From a virus, in IMG/VR virus record IMGVR_UViG_3300022664_000125, positions 1,362 to 65,361 of that record: 64,000 nt of DNA; one strand, 5' to 3'. Below the pieces are notes generated by a model. That model saw only the letters and a list, made by a program, of their open reading frames with translations. It ran no database searches and was not told the origin of the DNA. A program made the translations under genes and the position numbers. Shown here in pieces: positions 18,759 to 28,279 of this stretch. How positions within the stretch are numbered: the stretch's first letter is position 1; every line of letters begins with the position of its first letter.

Positions 18759-19596
18759 GTTGGAATTTCATCGAATTTCCGCAGCTTGGGCAGGTTACAT
18801 TCGTATAAAACTTTGGATAATACTTATCAAATTTATCTCTATATTGTTTAAAGAAGCTTTCAGAAACAATGTGAGGAATATACTCAGCGAAAGCCATTAA
18901 CATTTCCTGCATATTTTCCGTTTTCGGGACTTCAGCCTCAGTCGTCAATCCCTTACGCTTAATTGCTACCGATTTTGAAAGTAGCGTCATCTGCTCACGC
19001 CGAGTAAACAAAGAACCAGTCTGAGTAAGATTATTCTGTAAAGCATCAATTGAAATGTTACTTAATAATTTATTATTATCTCTAATGGATGGTAATCGTG
19101 TTTCAAACACATAAATAAAATCATCATAAGGTACTTCAATATCATAGACAAAATTATAAAATGGTTTATCTTCTTCCCAAATTGTAAAAGTATCTTCCTG
19201 AATCAAAGTTTCTAATAAAATTTCTTGTTTAAATTCAGTCTTACAGTTTTCCTTATCACATTTAAAATTTCTCTGACCCAATGTTTCGTAGGTCGATTTA
19301 TACAATGCCCATATTAGGCAAATCTTATCAATATTAGAGGTCGTCCCACAAAATTTTTCGAAGTTTTCTTTCTTTGGGGTTTCACCTTCGGCAAGAACTA
19401 CTTCAGTGTGCTCATAGAGAAGTTTGGACATATCTCTATCATAATTAACTGGGGACGTTAAAGACGATCTGAGTGATAAGTCATCACCCACCCGTAAAGG
19501 GGATACAATCGCCTGCATTTGTGCAATTGGAAGTGGAACTTCCTGTTTCTTAATTCCAGCTACTGCCGCTGCTTCTTTTAAAAATGAACTTAGCAT
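18691..19596 (-). CDS. Baseplate hub assembly protein (T4 gp26-like)
   Basis: CDKENC and C-terminal CPSCG...FF zinc motifs; RLPSIRD. Confidence 0.7.
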   Translation of the reverse strand: MLSSFLKEAAAVAGIKKQEVPLPIAQMQAIVSPLRVGDDLSLRSSLTSPVNYDRDMSKLLYEHTEVVLAEGETPKKENFEKFCGTTSNIDKICLIWALYKSTYETLGQRNFKCDKENCKTEFKQEILLETLIQEDTFTIWEEDKPFYNFVYDIEVPYDDFIYVFETRLPSIRDNNKLLSNISIDALQNNLTQTGSLFTRREQMTLLSKSVAIKRKGLTTEAEVPKTENMQEMLMAFAEYIPHIVSESFFKQYRDKFDKYYPKFYTNVTCPSCGNSMKFQLDLEIEFFRRSLFGGREGSEEL

Positions 19597-19641
19597 TATG
19601 CCTCCTTATTATGATATCTACCTATCTGTAGTCTATCTATC

Positions 19642-19914
19642 TTAAACTTTATTTAAACTTGCGTTGTAATACATATATTTGATTACTTGATTCAAACTTT
19701 TATCGGTTCTTATACCAGAAATAATATCACGTATAAGTTTTGTATCGACATGTTCATCTGAAAAATATACTCTACGAGTTATTCCCGGAGTAGTATTTGA
19801 AACTAATCTGAGAATTGTTTGATTTATATTCATATAAGAATCAAGTTGAAATAAATGTTTTTCAATTTCCTTTGGTGCACTTCCTTTAACATTAATTATA
19901 AGAACTGCCGCCAT
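19642..19914 (-). CDS. Hypothetical protein
   Basis: 90-aa ORF downstream of the capsid gene. Confidence 0.6.
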   Translation of the reverse strand: MAAVLIINVKGSAPKEIEKHLFQLDSYMNINQTILRLVSNTTPGITRRVYFSDEHVDTKLIRDIISGIRTDKSLNQVIKYMYYNASLNKV

Positions 19915-19939
19915 TTTTTATTTGCCTTTCTTATTTGTT

Positions 19940-19975
19940 GGATCGGCAAGATCTTTAACTAGATCTTGCCGATCC
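19940..19975. repeat. CGGCAAGATCT hairpin, copy 4
   Basis: GGATCGGCAAGATCT-ttaact-AGATCTTGCCGATCC just after the capsid stop codon. Confidence 0.9.
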
Positions 19976-19993
19976 ATTTTAATTTTTTAACGA

Positions 19994-22468
19994 TTATGCA
20001 AAGTCAACCATGCCAGCAACATTGATGACCCCAAGACCATCGGTCCGAGGAATTTCAATCAATGTACGAGCCTTCACGAAGTTACGGGTGTTGCCATCAG
20101 TTACTTCGGTCACAATGTAGATAGGTTGATAAATCAAATCTACGATTGTGGTTTTCTCAAGAGCATCGTTTGGAGCTTTAGTGGAAAGGTAAATCTTACC
20201 TTCACTAATAGCATTGGACTCAAGAACCTTCATCTTCAGGAACTGTGCGGAATCGCCAGCCCATCCAAAATTACCATCACCCTGTCCGATTCCAGGCATT
20301 CCGATAGCTAATGTCTGTAGCGAACGCAGCAGTGCAGCAGTCTTCAGACCTGCAACTAAATACGAAGGATACATATTGAAATTCCTACGAATTGTACCAG
20401 AAAGGATAGCAATACGTGGAATTACTGCCTTGAAAATGTCAATAATGTTATTAGGTTCGAACCGTCCACCAGTTTGATCATATGTTGCCAAATTAAGGGC
20501 CAGACTTGTTCCATTGGCAGCCATGTCAGCTTCAGCAGCTAACAAGAAATAAGCCAGATCAGTATCCTTATTCAGAAGAATCTGACGCTTGACAGCTTCC
20601 GATAGCGTCCGGATTATGTCAATTTTGAAGATCGCTTGATAATCCTGAATATCTTCAGGCGGCAATTCAATTAAGAAATCCTCATTCGGATCAATGGTCA
20701 CGTCGGACATCTCTGTTTCGATCTTAACACGAATACGTCCGTTCATCGTATTGGTCGGCATAAAGCGCATACTTAAAACTGCACTTACTGTAGAATAAGT
20801 AGATGTGATTGTACCGCCAGAATAAATGATATTATAAGAAAATACACCAGTGTCATAATTAATATGACCATTGACACTACCAACAACAGGTACGCCAACT
20901 GCATCATTGTAAGTGAAGGAACCAATGAACTGGCTTCTGTTATCGGGTTTCACAACAACCGCGACAGTTGTATCAATAGTAGCACCACCACCAGTAACTT
21001 CGCGAGCGACGATACTCGTAATCAAAGTATACCGACGATTAATACGATACAGATCAGCTGTAACAGTTGCAGGAGCAACTGCAGCAGTTGCAATCGTAAA
21101 CATATTGTTAGCGACTGCAGGAGTCACTGTCAGAGCCAGCGCGCCGGGACGCACGGACTGAGACATGGTGGGAATACGAACCTGAGTAACAGCTCCAGAA
21201 TATCCACGAATATAAGCCATAATCTTAACACGTGGAATAGAAGCAACTGGAGAAGACACAGGATAAACATTACCAATATTGTTTAATAGAGCTCGCTACT
21301 TCTCTATCTGTGGAAAACCACACTATATGTTTCCATATAGTTCAGATCATATCATTAACCTAAAAAATGTAAATTTTAAAAAACAAATCTATGAGCACGA
21401 ACTAGTTTACCATTAAAACCAAATGATCCATATCCGTCATCATTAGTACATGCTATCCAAATAATACAATCGTCTGGATTTTCTGGCATTTGTACTTTTT
21501 TAATAAATCTATCAATATCATTTTGTGTTACTTTGATTGTTTTAAACTTCATTTACATTTTCCTATTTTACATTTTTAGGTTATCTCGCGCTTCCACTCG
21601 CTTGAGTGTACTCCCTGACGGGATGATCGTTGAACCTTTTCCATAGAGTTTAGCGGACTCTTTAGGAACTTGGCTGCTGATTGCCCAATCTAGTAACTTT
21701 TCAAACCATTACATATGATCTTTCGATCTCTGCTTTGGTATACTAGCTCTAAGGGGTTTCCAGCAATTCACGAGATTTTCATCTTAGGATTAATCCTAAA
21801 AGCTCCAAATGTTTTAGAGTTCAGAAATGATTGGTTCCGCATAAATATCAACAAGAATGGGAAAACTTACAATTATATTCAACAAAGATCGCTACTCTTT
21901 GCTCGAGAATTTCTTCTCTGCTCATATTTTCATATGAGTTTAGACCATATCTTCATCCTAAGTTTTTTAAAATCTTAGGATGTCTCGCACTTCCACTCAC
22001 TTGAGTGTACTCCCACTAGGGGATGGTCGTTGAACCTTTTCCATAGAGTTTAACGGGCTCTTTAGGAACTTGGCTGCTGATTGCCCAATCTAGTAACTTT
22101 TCAAACCATTACATATGATCTTTCGATCTCTGCTTTGGTATACTAGCTCTAAGGGGTTTCCAGCAATTCACGAGATGATTTATCTTAAAATTACTTTTAA
22201 GAGGTCCAAAGTCTTAGACCGTCCAACCAAATGAAAGTGAGCTACCAGGAACGTTAGCAGCTTCTGTAAGAAGCATCTCTCTCTGACGATTTGCTACTCC
22301 AAGAACAGAATTTCTAACACGAGGTTCGAGACCTTCTGTCAGAGAATCCATATATGCTCTAAACATACCGTTATCGGTAATCATCTTTAGAGCGCCAGCA
22401 GGATTCGCTAAATCATCACTGTGTTCAGTAATAAAATGTTCATAATTCTCAAACAAAGGTAATTCCAT
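19994..22468 (-). CDS. Major capsid protein, 528 aa, spliced: join(22468-22216, 21869-21816, 21273-19994)
   Basis: Follows the prohead protease; joined junctions read ...SFGWTVLSFPILVDIYAEPIISELCNVYPVSSPVASIPR...; the total of 1587 nt is in frame. Confidence 0.85.
21274..21815 (-). ncRNA. Group I intron 2 of the capsid gene (542 nt)
   Basis: P1 CTCT/GGAG with U.G; P AATTGCTGGAAA; Q AATCAGCAGCC; P7 GATCAT/ATGATC; terminal G. Confidence 0.9.
21376..21552 (-). pseudogene. Truncated HNH homing endonuclease remnant inside the intron (58 aa)
   Basis: RFIKKV...DDCIIWIAC...DGYGSF...KLVRAHRF matches the N-terminus of phage HNH proteins; stops before the HNH motif. Confidence 0.75.
21870..22215 (-). 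ncRNA. Group I intron 1 of the capsid gene (346 nt)
   Basis: P1 GGTCT/GGACC with U.G; P and Q as in intron 2; P7 GACCAT/ATGGTC; S AAGATATGGTCT; terminal G. Confidence 0.9.
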
Positions 22469-22483
22469 TTTTAATACATCTCC

Positions 22484-23263
22484 TTAATAGATTTTGAATT
22501 GAATATTTTTAGTAATAACATTATTAAATCTCTCATTAATAATATCATCAATAAAACGAATAACAACTGAATCTCCTTCAGAAATTGCAATATGATCTTT
22601 ACCAAGAGTTTCTAAAATCTCTCCTTCACAAATTACATTTCCATCTGGAATAAATTCACTTGCAGTTTCTGGTAAAAATTCTAAAACTTTTGCAGTTGTG
22701 TGACTTGGATTTGACACTATATCATACGTAATTGGTCGAATTGGGTCTTTAACCATAATAGTTCCATCTTGGAGTGTTTCCACTGCGCCAAGAGCTCGAA
22801 GTGAAAATCCAATGTCGACTTTATCTTTAGTAATCAAGTTATACAAGTCCGGTCCTTTAAACCCACTAAGTGTCTCAAACACACAACTAATTTTATTGTT
22901 CTTAAAACCAATTTCACGAATCATTGCTGCGCAATTATTTATTTCAATAATTGACGCTCGTTTTTTCAGAACTTCTGGATCAGCAGATACAAATAAAGGA
23001 TGATCAATCTCCATCAACAAAGAACGACCAGATGCTTTTGGAGAAAGTTGATTTACGATCGACTCGCAAATGGCAGAAGAGTAATAACGGTTATTCTTGT
23101 TTTTCACTTCTGATTCCTGTAAACAAGCTCGCGCCGCTATCTTACTTTTACCACCACCAATATCTGTTTCTTCTAAAATCTTAATATCATGATTCCTAAC
23201 TACAGAAGTTCTTTCAAAAATAAAATTGTACTTTGTATTACTTCTGTCATTATACTTCATCAT
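22484..23263 (-). CDS. Prohead core protease (T4 gp21-like)
   Basis: KNKNNRYYS, EIDHP, GFSLRALG and YDIVSNPS catalytic His/Ser/Asp motifs. Confidence 0.92.
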   Translation of the reverse strand: MMKYNDRSNTKYNFIFERTSVVRNHDIKILEETDIGGGKSKIAARACLQESEVKNKNNRYYSSAICESIVNQLSPKASGRSLLMEIDHPLFVSADPEVLKKRASIIEINNCAAMIREIGFKNNKISCVFETLSGFKGPDLYNLITKDKVDIGFSLRALGAVETLQDGTIMVKDPIRPITYDIVSNPSHTTAKVLEFLPETASEFIPDGNVICEGEILETLGKDHIAISEGDSVVIRFIDDIINERFNNVITKNIQFKIY

Positions 23264-23696
23264 TAGTTTGTAACCTCGCTAACTGTTCTTCAATCACTGG
23301 AAGAATATTAATAGATAATGATACTAATGAATTATAGGAGATATTATTCATAAACTTCAATACAATCTCAAGATCTTCATTTTTAATATTAAATTCATCC
23401 AGTCGAGATTTTAAATTTTTTAATCTTTGTATCAAATAATATTTTTTGAGCGGCAAGATCTCTCGAAATGGTGGAGGTTGTTCGGCAACCATCTCTCCAC
23501 CTTCATCCTCACCATCTAACTCTGGATCATACTCCATATCACCATAATCTTGTTGATTTGGATCTACCTGAGCTGGATATGCAACTTGAGTTTGAACCTG
23601 TTGTGGTACTTGTATCTCAGCAGGAACATTAGTTCTTGCTAAAGTTGCTTGTGGAGGAGCTTGCTGCTGTTCTGTTAATATTTCACACAAAAACAT
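23250..23696 (-). CDS. Putative prohead core/scaffold protein
   Basis: Gln- and acidic-rich; lies between portal and protease. Confidence 0.5.
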   Translation of the reverse strand: MFLCEILTEQQQAPPQATLARTNVPAEIQVPQQVQTQVAYPAQVDPNQQDYGDMEYDPELDGEDEGGEMVAEQPPPFREILPLKKYYLIQRLKNLKSRLDEFNIKNEDLEIVLKFMNNISYNSLVSLSINILPVIEEQLARLQTNDEV

Positions 23697-23722
23697 TGGC
23701 TGATTATCTCCTTTCCACGTTT

Positions 23723-26700
23723 TTATCCTTGTGGCATCATTCCACCAGCTTGAGCAGCATTTTGTTCTTCAGTCTTAAGATCGACATCAGTATCGATGTC
23801 AGTCGTATACTGTTTTGCTCTTTCTTTAAATGATTCCCAATCAATATATGGAATATATTTTTCTAACAGAAAATAAGGATCTGCTGGAATTTGCATTGCT
23901 TGGAATGCACTAAACATATTTCCAATTGATGAGAGGGTCATTTCAATTAATTGCACCATTAATACAATTGGTGGTATTAATGCTATCTGAACATATTCAG
24001 ATGGTTTATAATCCAGTCCTTTAATTCTGGCAACAATGTCAAGAAATTTTGTCAAATTTGCAGATATTCCTTCTTGCATATCTGATATCTCTGTCGCAAA
24101 TGATACATTGGTATGCACTAGTTGTTCTCTAAGTTCGATAATCATTTATGTTCAACTGGAATCGCTAATTCCAGTTCGCTAAAATAAAATATTTTAGCAA
24201 CTACATATTACTATGTAGATCAGACTATATCATCATCCTGATAAACCAATTTCAATTTATAATAATTCTTTTGCTAATTCGACATTGCCCCACTCTTCAC
24301 TAATTACATCTCCCTTAGATGAATTGTCTAAAGAATGAAGAGGTCTAAGATTCTGCAAACTCCAACATTTCTTAAACGCTTCATCTTCATATGACGTAAA
24401 ATTAAAAGCAGCAATTGGGACAATATGATCAATTTGCCAATAAGACCCATAGTTATTCCAAGTCATTTTATCATCAAATTGCGATTCAAGATGTTGTTTA
24501 AGAACTTCAACTGTATAACCAACAATATTTTCCCATGATTCACGACTTTTATTTTGTCGGAGAGCTAAATAAGTTAATGTTCCCATATTTTTTTTCAATT
24601 TAAAGAGTATATCAGTATTATACTTATTTCTCTCCCATTTTCTTCTTGTTTTTATCCATTTGTCAAAATTATCACATTTATATTGTTTCATTTTGATCAT
24701 AAGATTTTGCTTATTTTCTTGAAAATACTCTTTATTTCTATCTGTCCAACAATCGATACAAACACTTTGTGTACAAGATCCATTTGTTTTATTATAAGCT
24801 TTATAAAATTCATCAAATGTCTTTAATTGACCACATTTCTTACAAAATTTCTTACCAAATACTCCAATATTTTCAAGATAAATTTTAAGATCATTTGCAC
24901 CTACTTCAAAAATTTGTGCACATTCTTCTAATGTTTTTTCTTGTACTAAATATAACCATTTTAAAATTTCAGTTTTTGCATTAGAATTAAGATTGTGAAT
25001 TTTTCCACTTTTGATCAGCCACATTTTACTAGTATAATCATGCTTACAAATTTTACAAATGTTTTCATGACCATCTTTCGCAATTGAATTTTTAGGAAAT
25101 TGAGTAATATCTTTAGAATCTCCACACTTTTTACATATTTTTTCCACAATAACCTCCATATAAGTTATATTAGTTGTAACTGGGAGTAAGAAACAATAAT
25201 ATGGTATTGTTTCAGCAATGATCAGTTGCTTTCCTCCCATTATTCATAAAAATTATCAGGATGCTCCGCGCTTCGACTTCGCTTGAAGTCTACTCTCTTT
25301 CGAGATAGTCGTTACACCTTCAACTAATAAAGTTAGCAGCTTTACTAGAAGCTTGGCTCGGTATTGTCCCCAGCATCATCTGGTAGGAGTTTCACCGAAT
25401 TCACGGAGTTTATTTTTACATCATTACTGATGTAGCGGACTGAACCTTAATCCGCGTACCCTAAGTAGGCCGGTGGGATTCCACTTAAGCTCATAATTTC
25501 ACGACGTGCCTTGATGTTTAAAAGAGTTCGCTAGGCTCTTTCCAATTTTTGCTACATGTTACCATGTAGAACAGACTATATCTTCATCCTGTGGGATGAT
25601 AAATGATGCTGTCCTCCACATTTTTAAAAGTTTTCCACAGGATGCTCGGCGCTTCGATCCGCTTGGATCTACTCTACTCCCTTCCGTTTTTCAACGTGGT
25701 TTCGATAGTCGTTACACCTTCTGAATATTTCTATTCAGCTTGGCTCGGTATTGTCCCCAACTTTCTGAAAGAAGTTTGGTAGGAGTTCCACCGAATTCAC
25801 CGAGTTATTGCTCTATTGTTACCAATAGACAGGACTTTCGTAAAAATCCTCAAGATCGGCGGTCCTAATCGTAGGATCACCATGAGAAGCGATCTCAACA
25901 TCTATCGCTTTCTGACCGCCTTTAGATAGTATAAACATATCTTTGAAATCACTGAGTATTTTGGGGATGCTCTTAAAGCTACTTAAATCATCAAGAGTTA
26001 TACGAGTATTATAGAGCTCACGCTTGAGCTTCTGAATCATACCACTCTGCATTTGAGTCTGGCCCACATCTAGCGTCCACTTCCTTATTGGTGCAGCACG
26101 TGATAACTTGATGATTACATTACTTAATTGCGACAGAATATACAATTTGCATGGAAAAACTAAAGCATCAATAAATGATTGACCATATGGATCATGTTCT
26201 GAAGATGGTGTTGAGAATGCAAGCATACTTGATGTTGGAACAAATCTTACTTTTATCCTATTGTAAAACGTTCCTTTTTGAGCAATTCCTTGCTCAATAA
26301 ATAAACGTTTCAAATATTTGTGAACATCTGCAGGCAATCCAGATAACAATTGATCAACATTTGTTGCTTGACTAATTTTTCCAGTTTTCTGAGTCTTATT
26401 TAAAATTGTTTTTAACATGTATCTGACAAGTCTATCAACGATAGTATCTTGAGTTTTTTGATCAAGTCCATGAAGAGTTGTAATTCTTCCAACTAACGTC
26501 GATAATGACTGCGTCAGATTAATTGTTTGAGGTACTTCGTCTTTTGTCACTACCAAATATCCAAGTAAAGAACCAAAGTCAGTTTCCAAAACTATTACCC
26601 TGTGGGGTTTATGAATTTTTATTAAGATGTTGTCATAATTTATGACGTCATCATCATTGTTACTACTGGTTGTCTGAGTGTTTGGTTGTATCACTGGATA

Positions 26701-27414
26701 CTCTTCGACTTCAACTAAGTACTCACTAACTTTTTCTAAAATTCTTTCAATTTGATCATTATTTACTTTATTACCATTGATGTCTTTCCTCATTTTCATC
26801 TGATTAAGATTATTTTCCATATTCCTAATTTCAGATTCAAATAAAGGCATTGAAGAAGTGATATTAGTAAGAGAAGAATTTGCATCAACTTTCCTTTTTC
26901 CCTCTTCTTCAATATTAACAATTTCACAATAGCAATCTCCGTATACTAATTGATTCGGCAAGATCTTCTTCCGAAGTTTTAGTATTAAATCAAATGCTTT
27001 AATACATTCTTCCGCTAATTTCTTAGATTTCTCAATAGCATCAGTGTTAGATTTTTTATTTCCAGTTAAATTTTCTGCTTCTCGTACAAGAAGACATTTT
27101 CCAGTAACTGGATTTTTTTGAAGAATATTCGCAACATACACTAGCATTATTCGCTTAATGATAGGTACATACTTATATGCTTCATCATACACATTATAAC
27201 GTTCTAATCGTTCTCTAGCCACTGATACTGTTTCTAAAAGTTTCGTAATCTCACCTTGTGGTGCTTCTTTTACAAACTCATTAATAAAATCCCCAGAAAT
27301 ATTATCTACTGGAATAGATCTATTTGCCTCTGGTAAATTATTGATCAAATTGTCAATCCTAGCATCAATATTTTCTAAATCACTATCTCCAAAAAAATTG
27401 CTAAAAAACGACAT
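23723..27414 (-). CDS. Portal protein (T4 gp20-like), 682 aa, spliced: join(27414-25846, 25509-25450, 24142-23723)
   Basis: YGDCY, PYGQSFID and KLSRAAPIRKWTLDVG motifs; joined junctions read ...TADLEDARREIMSLSGIPPAYLGYADIIELREQL... Confidence 0.9.
24143..25449 (-). ncRNA. Group I intron 2 of the portal gene (1307 nt, carries an HNH ORF)
   Basis: P1 GCGGAT/GTCCGC; P AATTCGGTGAAA; Q AATACCGAGCC; P7 GACTAT/ATAGTC; ORF in the P8 loop; terminal G. Confidence 0.9.
24257..25240 (-). CDS. Intron-encoded HNH homing endonuclease (likely start GTG 25147)
   Basis: Two CxxC...CxxC zinc ribbons; MTWNNYG..WQIDHIVP...NLRPL...NSSKG HNH motif. Confidence 0.85.
   Translation of the reverse strand: MGGKQLIIAETIPYYCFLLPVTTNITYMEVIVEKICKKCGDSKDITQFPKNSIAKDGHENICKICKHDYTSKMWLIKSGKIHNLNSNAKTEILKWLYLVQEKTLEECAQIFEVGANDLKIYLENIGVFGKKFCKKCGQLKTFDEFYKAYNKTNGSCTQSVCIDCWTDRNKEYFQENKQNLMIKMKQYKCDNFDKWIKTRRKWERNKYNTDILFKLKKNMGTLTYLALRQNKSRESWENIVGYTVEVLKQHLESQFDDKMTWNNYGSYWQIDHIVPIAAFNFTSYEDEAFKKCWSLQNLRPLHSLDNSSKGDVISEEWGNVELAKELL
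25510..25845 (-). ncRNA. Group I intron 1 of the portal gene (336 nt)
   Basis: P1 AGGAT/GTCCT; P AATTCGGTGGAA; Q AATACCGAGCC; S AAGATATAGTCT; terminal G. Confidence 0.9.
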
Positions 27415-27423
27415 ATTTTCACG

Positions 27424-27807
27424 TTACCTTTTCAAATGAGTTAAAATTAATAAACCTAATCCATCCACACCATATTTTTTAATTAAGCAGTCTAAACATC
27501 GTTTCGATAAATAAACTTTCATAACTTCTTTTACAGTTTCAGAAATAAGTTCAATTCTTGCTCTTTCAAATGCTGATTGTGAATTTGTTTTAGATTTTTC
27601 ATTAAGATCAAATTTAGATCTTAATGTATTAACCTTATCTGTTAAAATGGTTTCTTTATATAGATCAATAATATTTATTAAAATATTGTAACATACTACA
27701 AATTCACTTTCTTTCTCTTCTAGCCATCTTTTTAGTCCAAACCAAATTATTATTGTAAGGACTGATAGTAGAAGAATACAGCTAATTAAAAGATTTATTG
27801 TTTCCAC
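27424..27807 (-). CDS. Hypothetical protein with an N-terminal transmembrane helix
   Basis: LLISCILLLSVLTIIIWFGL. Confidence 0.6.
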   Translation of the reverse strand: METINLLISCILLLSVLTIIIWFGLKRWLEEKESEFVVCYNILINIIDLYKETILTDKVNTLRSKFDLNEKSKTNSQSAFERARIELISETVKEVMKVYLSKRCLDCLIKKYGVDGLGLLILTHLKR

Positions 27808-27810
27808 TTT

Positions 27811-28074
27811 TTAATTAATTCCTTCTTTCTTGAAATGATCTAACATTGCGTCGATTTTACTTTCATCAAGATTTTCAAGATCTTCGTCTTTGACAGACAC
27901 TTCATAGCCATCAGCTTCAAGAATAGTGGCGATAACAGTATCAACACCACCAGCTTCTGCGATAACTTCTGACTTTGCAAGATCTTCTTCTAAGTTTTCC
28001 ATAAACAAATTTAAACCTCGGTTGAAACCATCGTCGACGGCTTCGTTAACTAATGCTACAAATTCTCTTAACAT
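27811..28074 (-). CDS. Small acidic protein, possible head component
   Basis: GGAGG RBS before ATG 28074; the upstream extension in the ORF track looks intergenic. Confidence 0.65.
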   Translation of the reverse strand: MLREFVALVNEAVDDGFNRGLNLFMENLEEDLAKSEVIAEAGGVDTVIATILEADGYEVSVKDEDLENLDESKIDAMLDHFKKEGIN

Positions 28075-28235
28075 GTAATCCTCCAAAATTTTTAAATAGT
28101 TTTTTCTTATTTTAAGCTCTTGTAAAAGCGCGAAACTTTTACAAGCGTTCCCGGAATATAATATAGTTAGAAGTTTACCCTTCTTCAAAAGATGACTTAC
28201 ATTTGCATAATAAATGTAAAGGGTTCTAATTTTTA

Positions 28236-28272
28236 AAAATCGGCGAGATCTAAAAGTGATCTCGCCGATTTT
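28236..28272. repeat. CGGCGAGATC hairpin, copy 5 (compensatory variant)
   Basis: AAAATCGGCGAGATC-taaaagt-GATCTCGCCGATTTT just after the helicase stop codon. Confidence 0.85.
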
Positions 28273-28279
28273 CATCTTT

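Noticed and set aside
20126..21978. + strand ORFs overlapping the capsid gene and its introns, and similar antisense ORFs elsewhere
   Set aside because: Shadow frames with no RBS or protein-like motifs, lying opposite well-supported genes
25180..25240. Hammerhead ribozyme (CTGATCA...GAAAC on the - strand) in the HNH leader
   Set aside because: CTGATCA is the loop of a hairpin rather than the junction before stem II, so the topology and consensus do not fit
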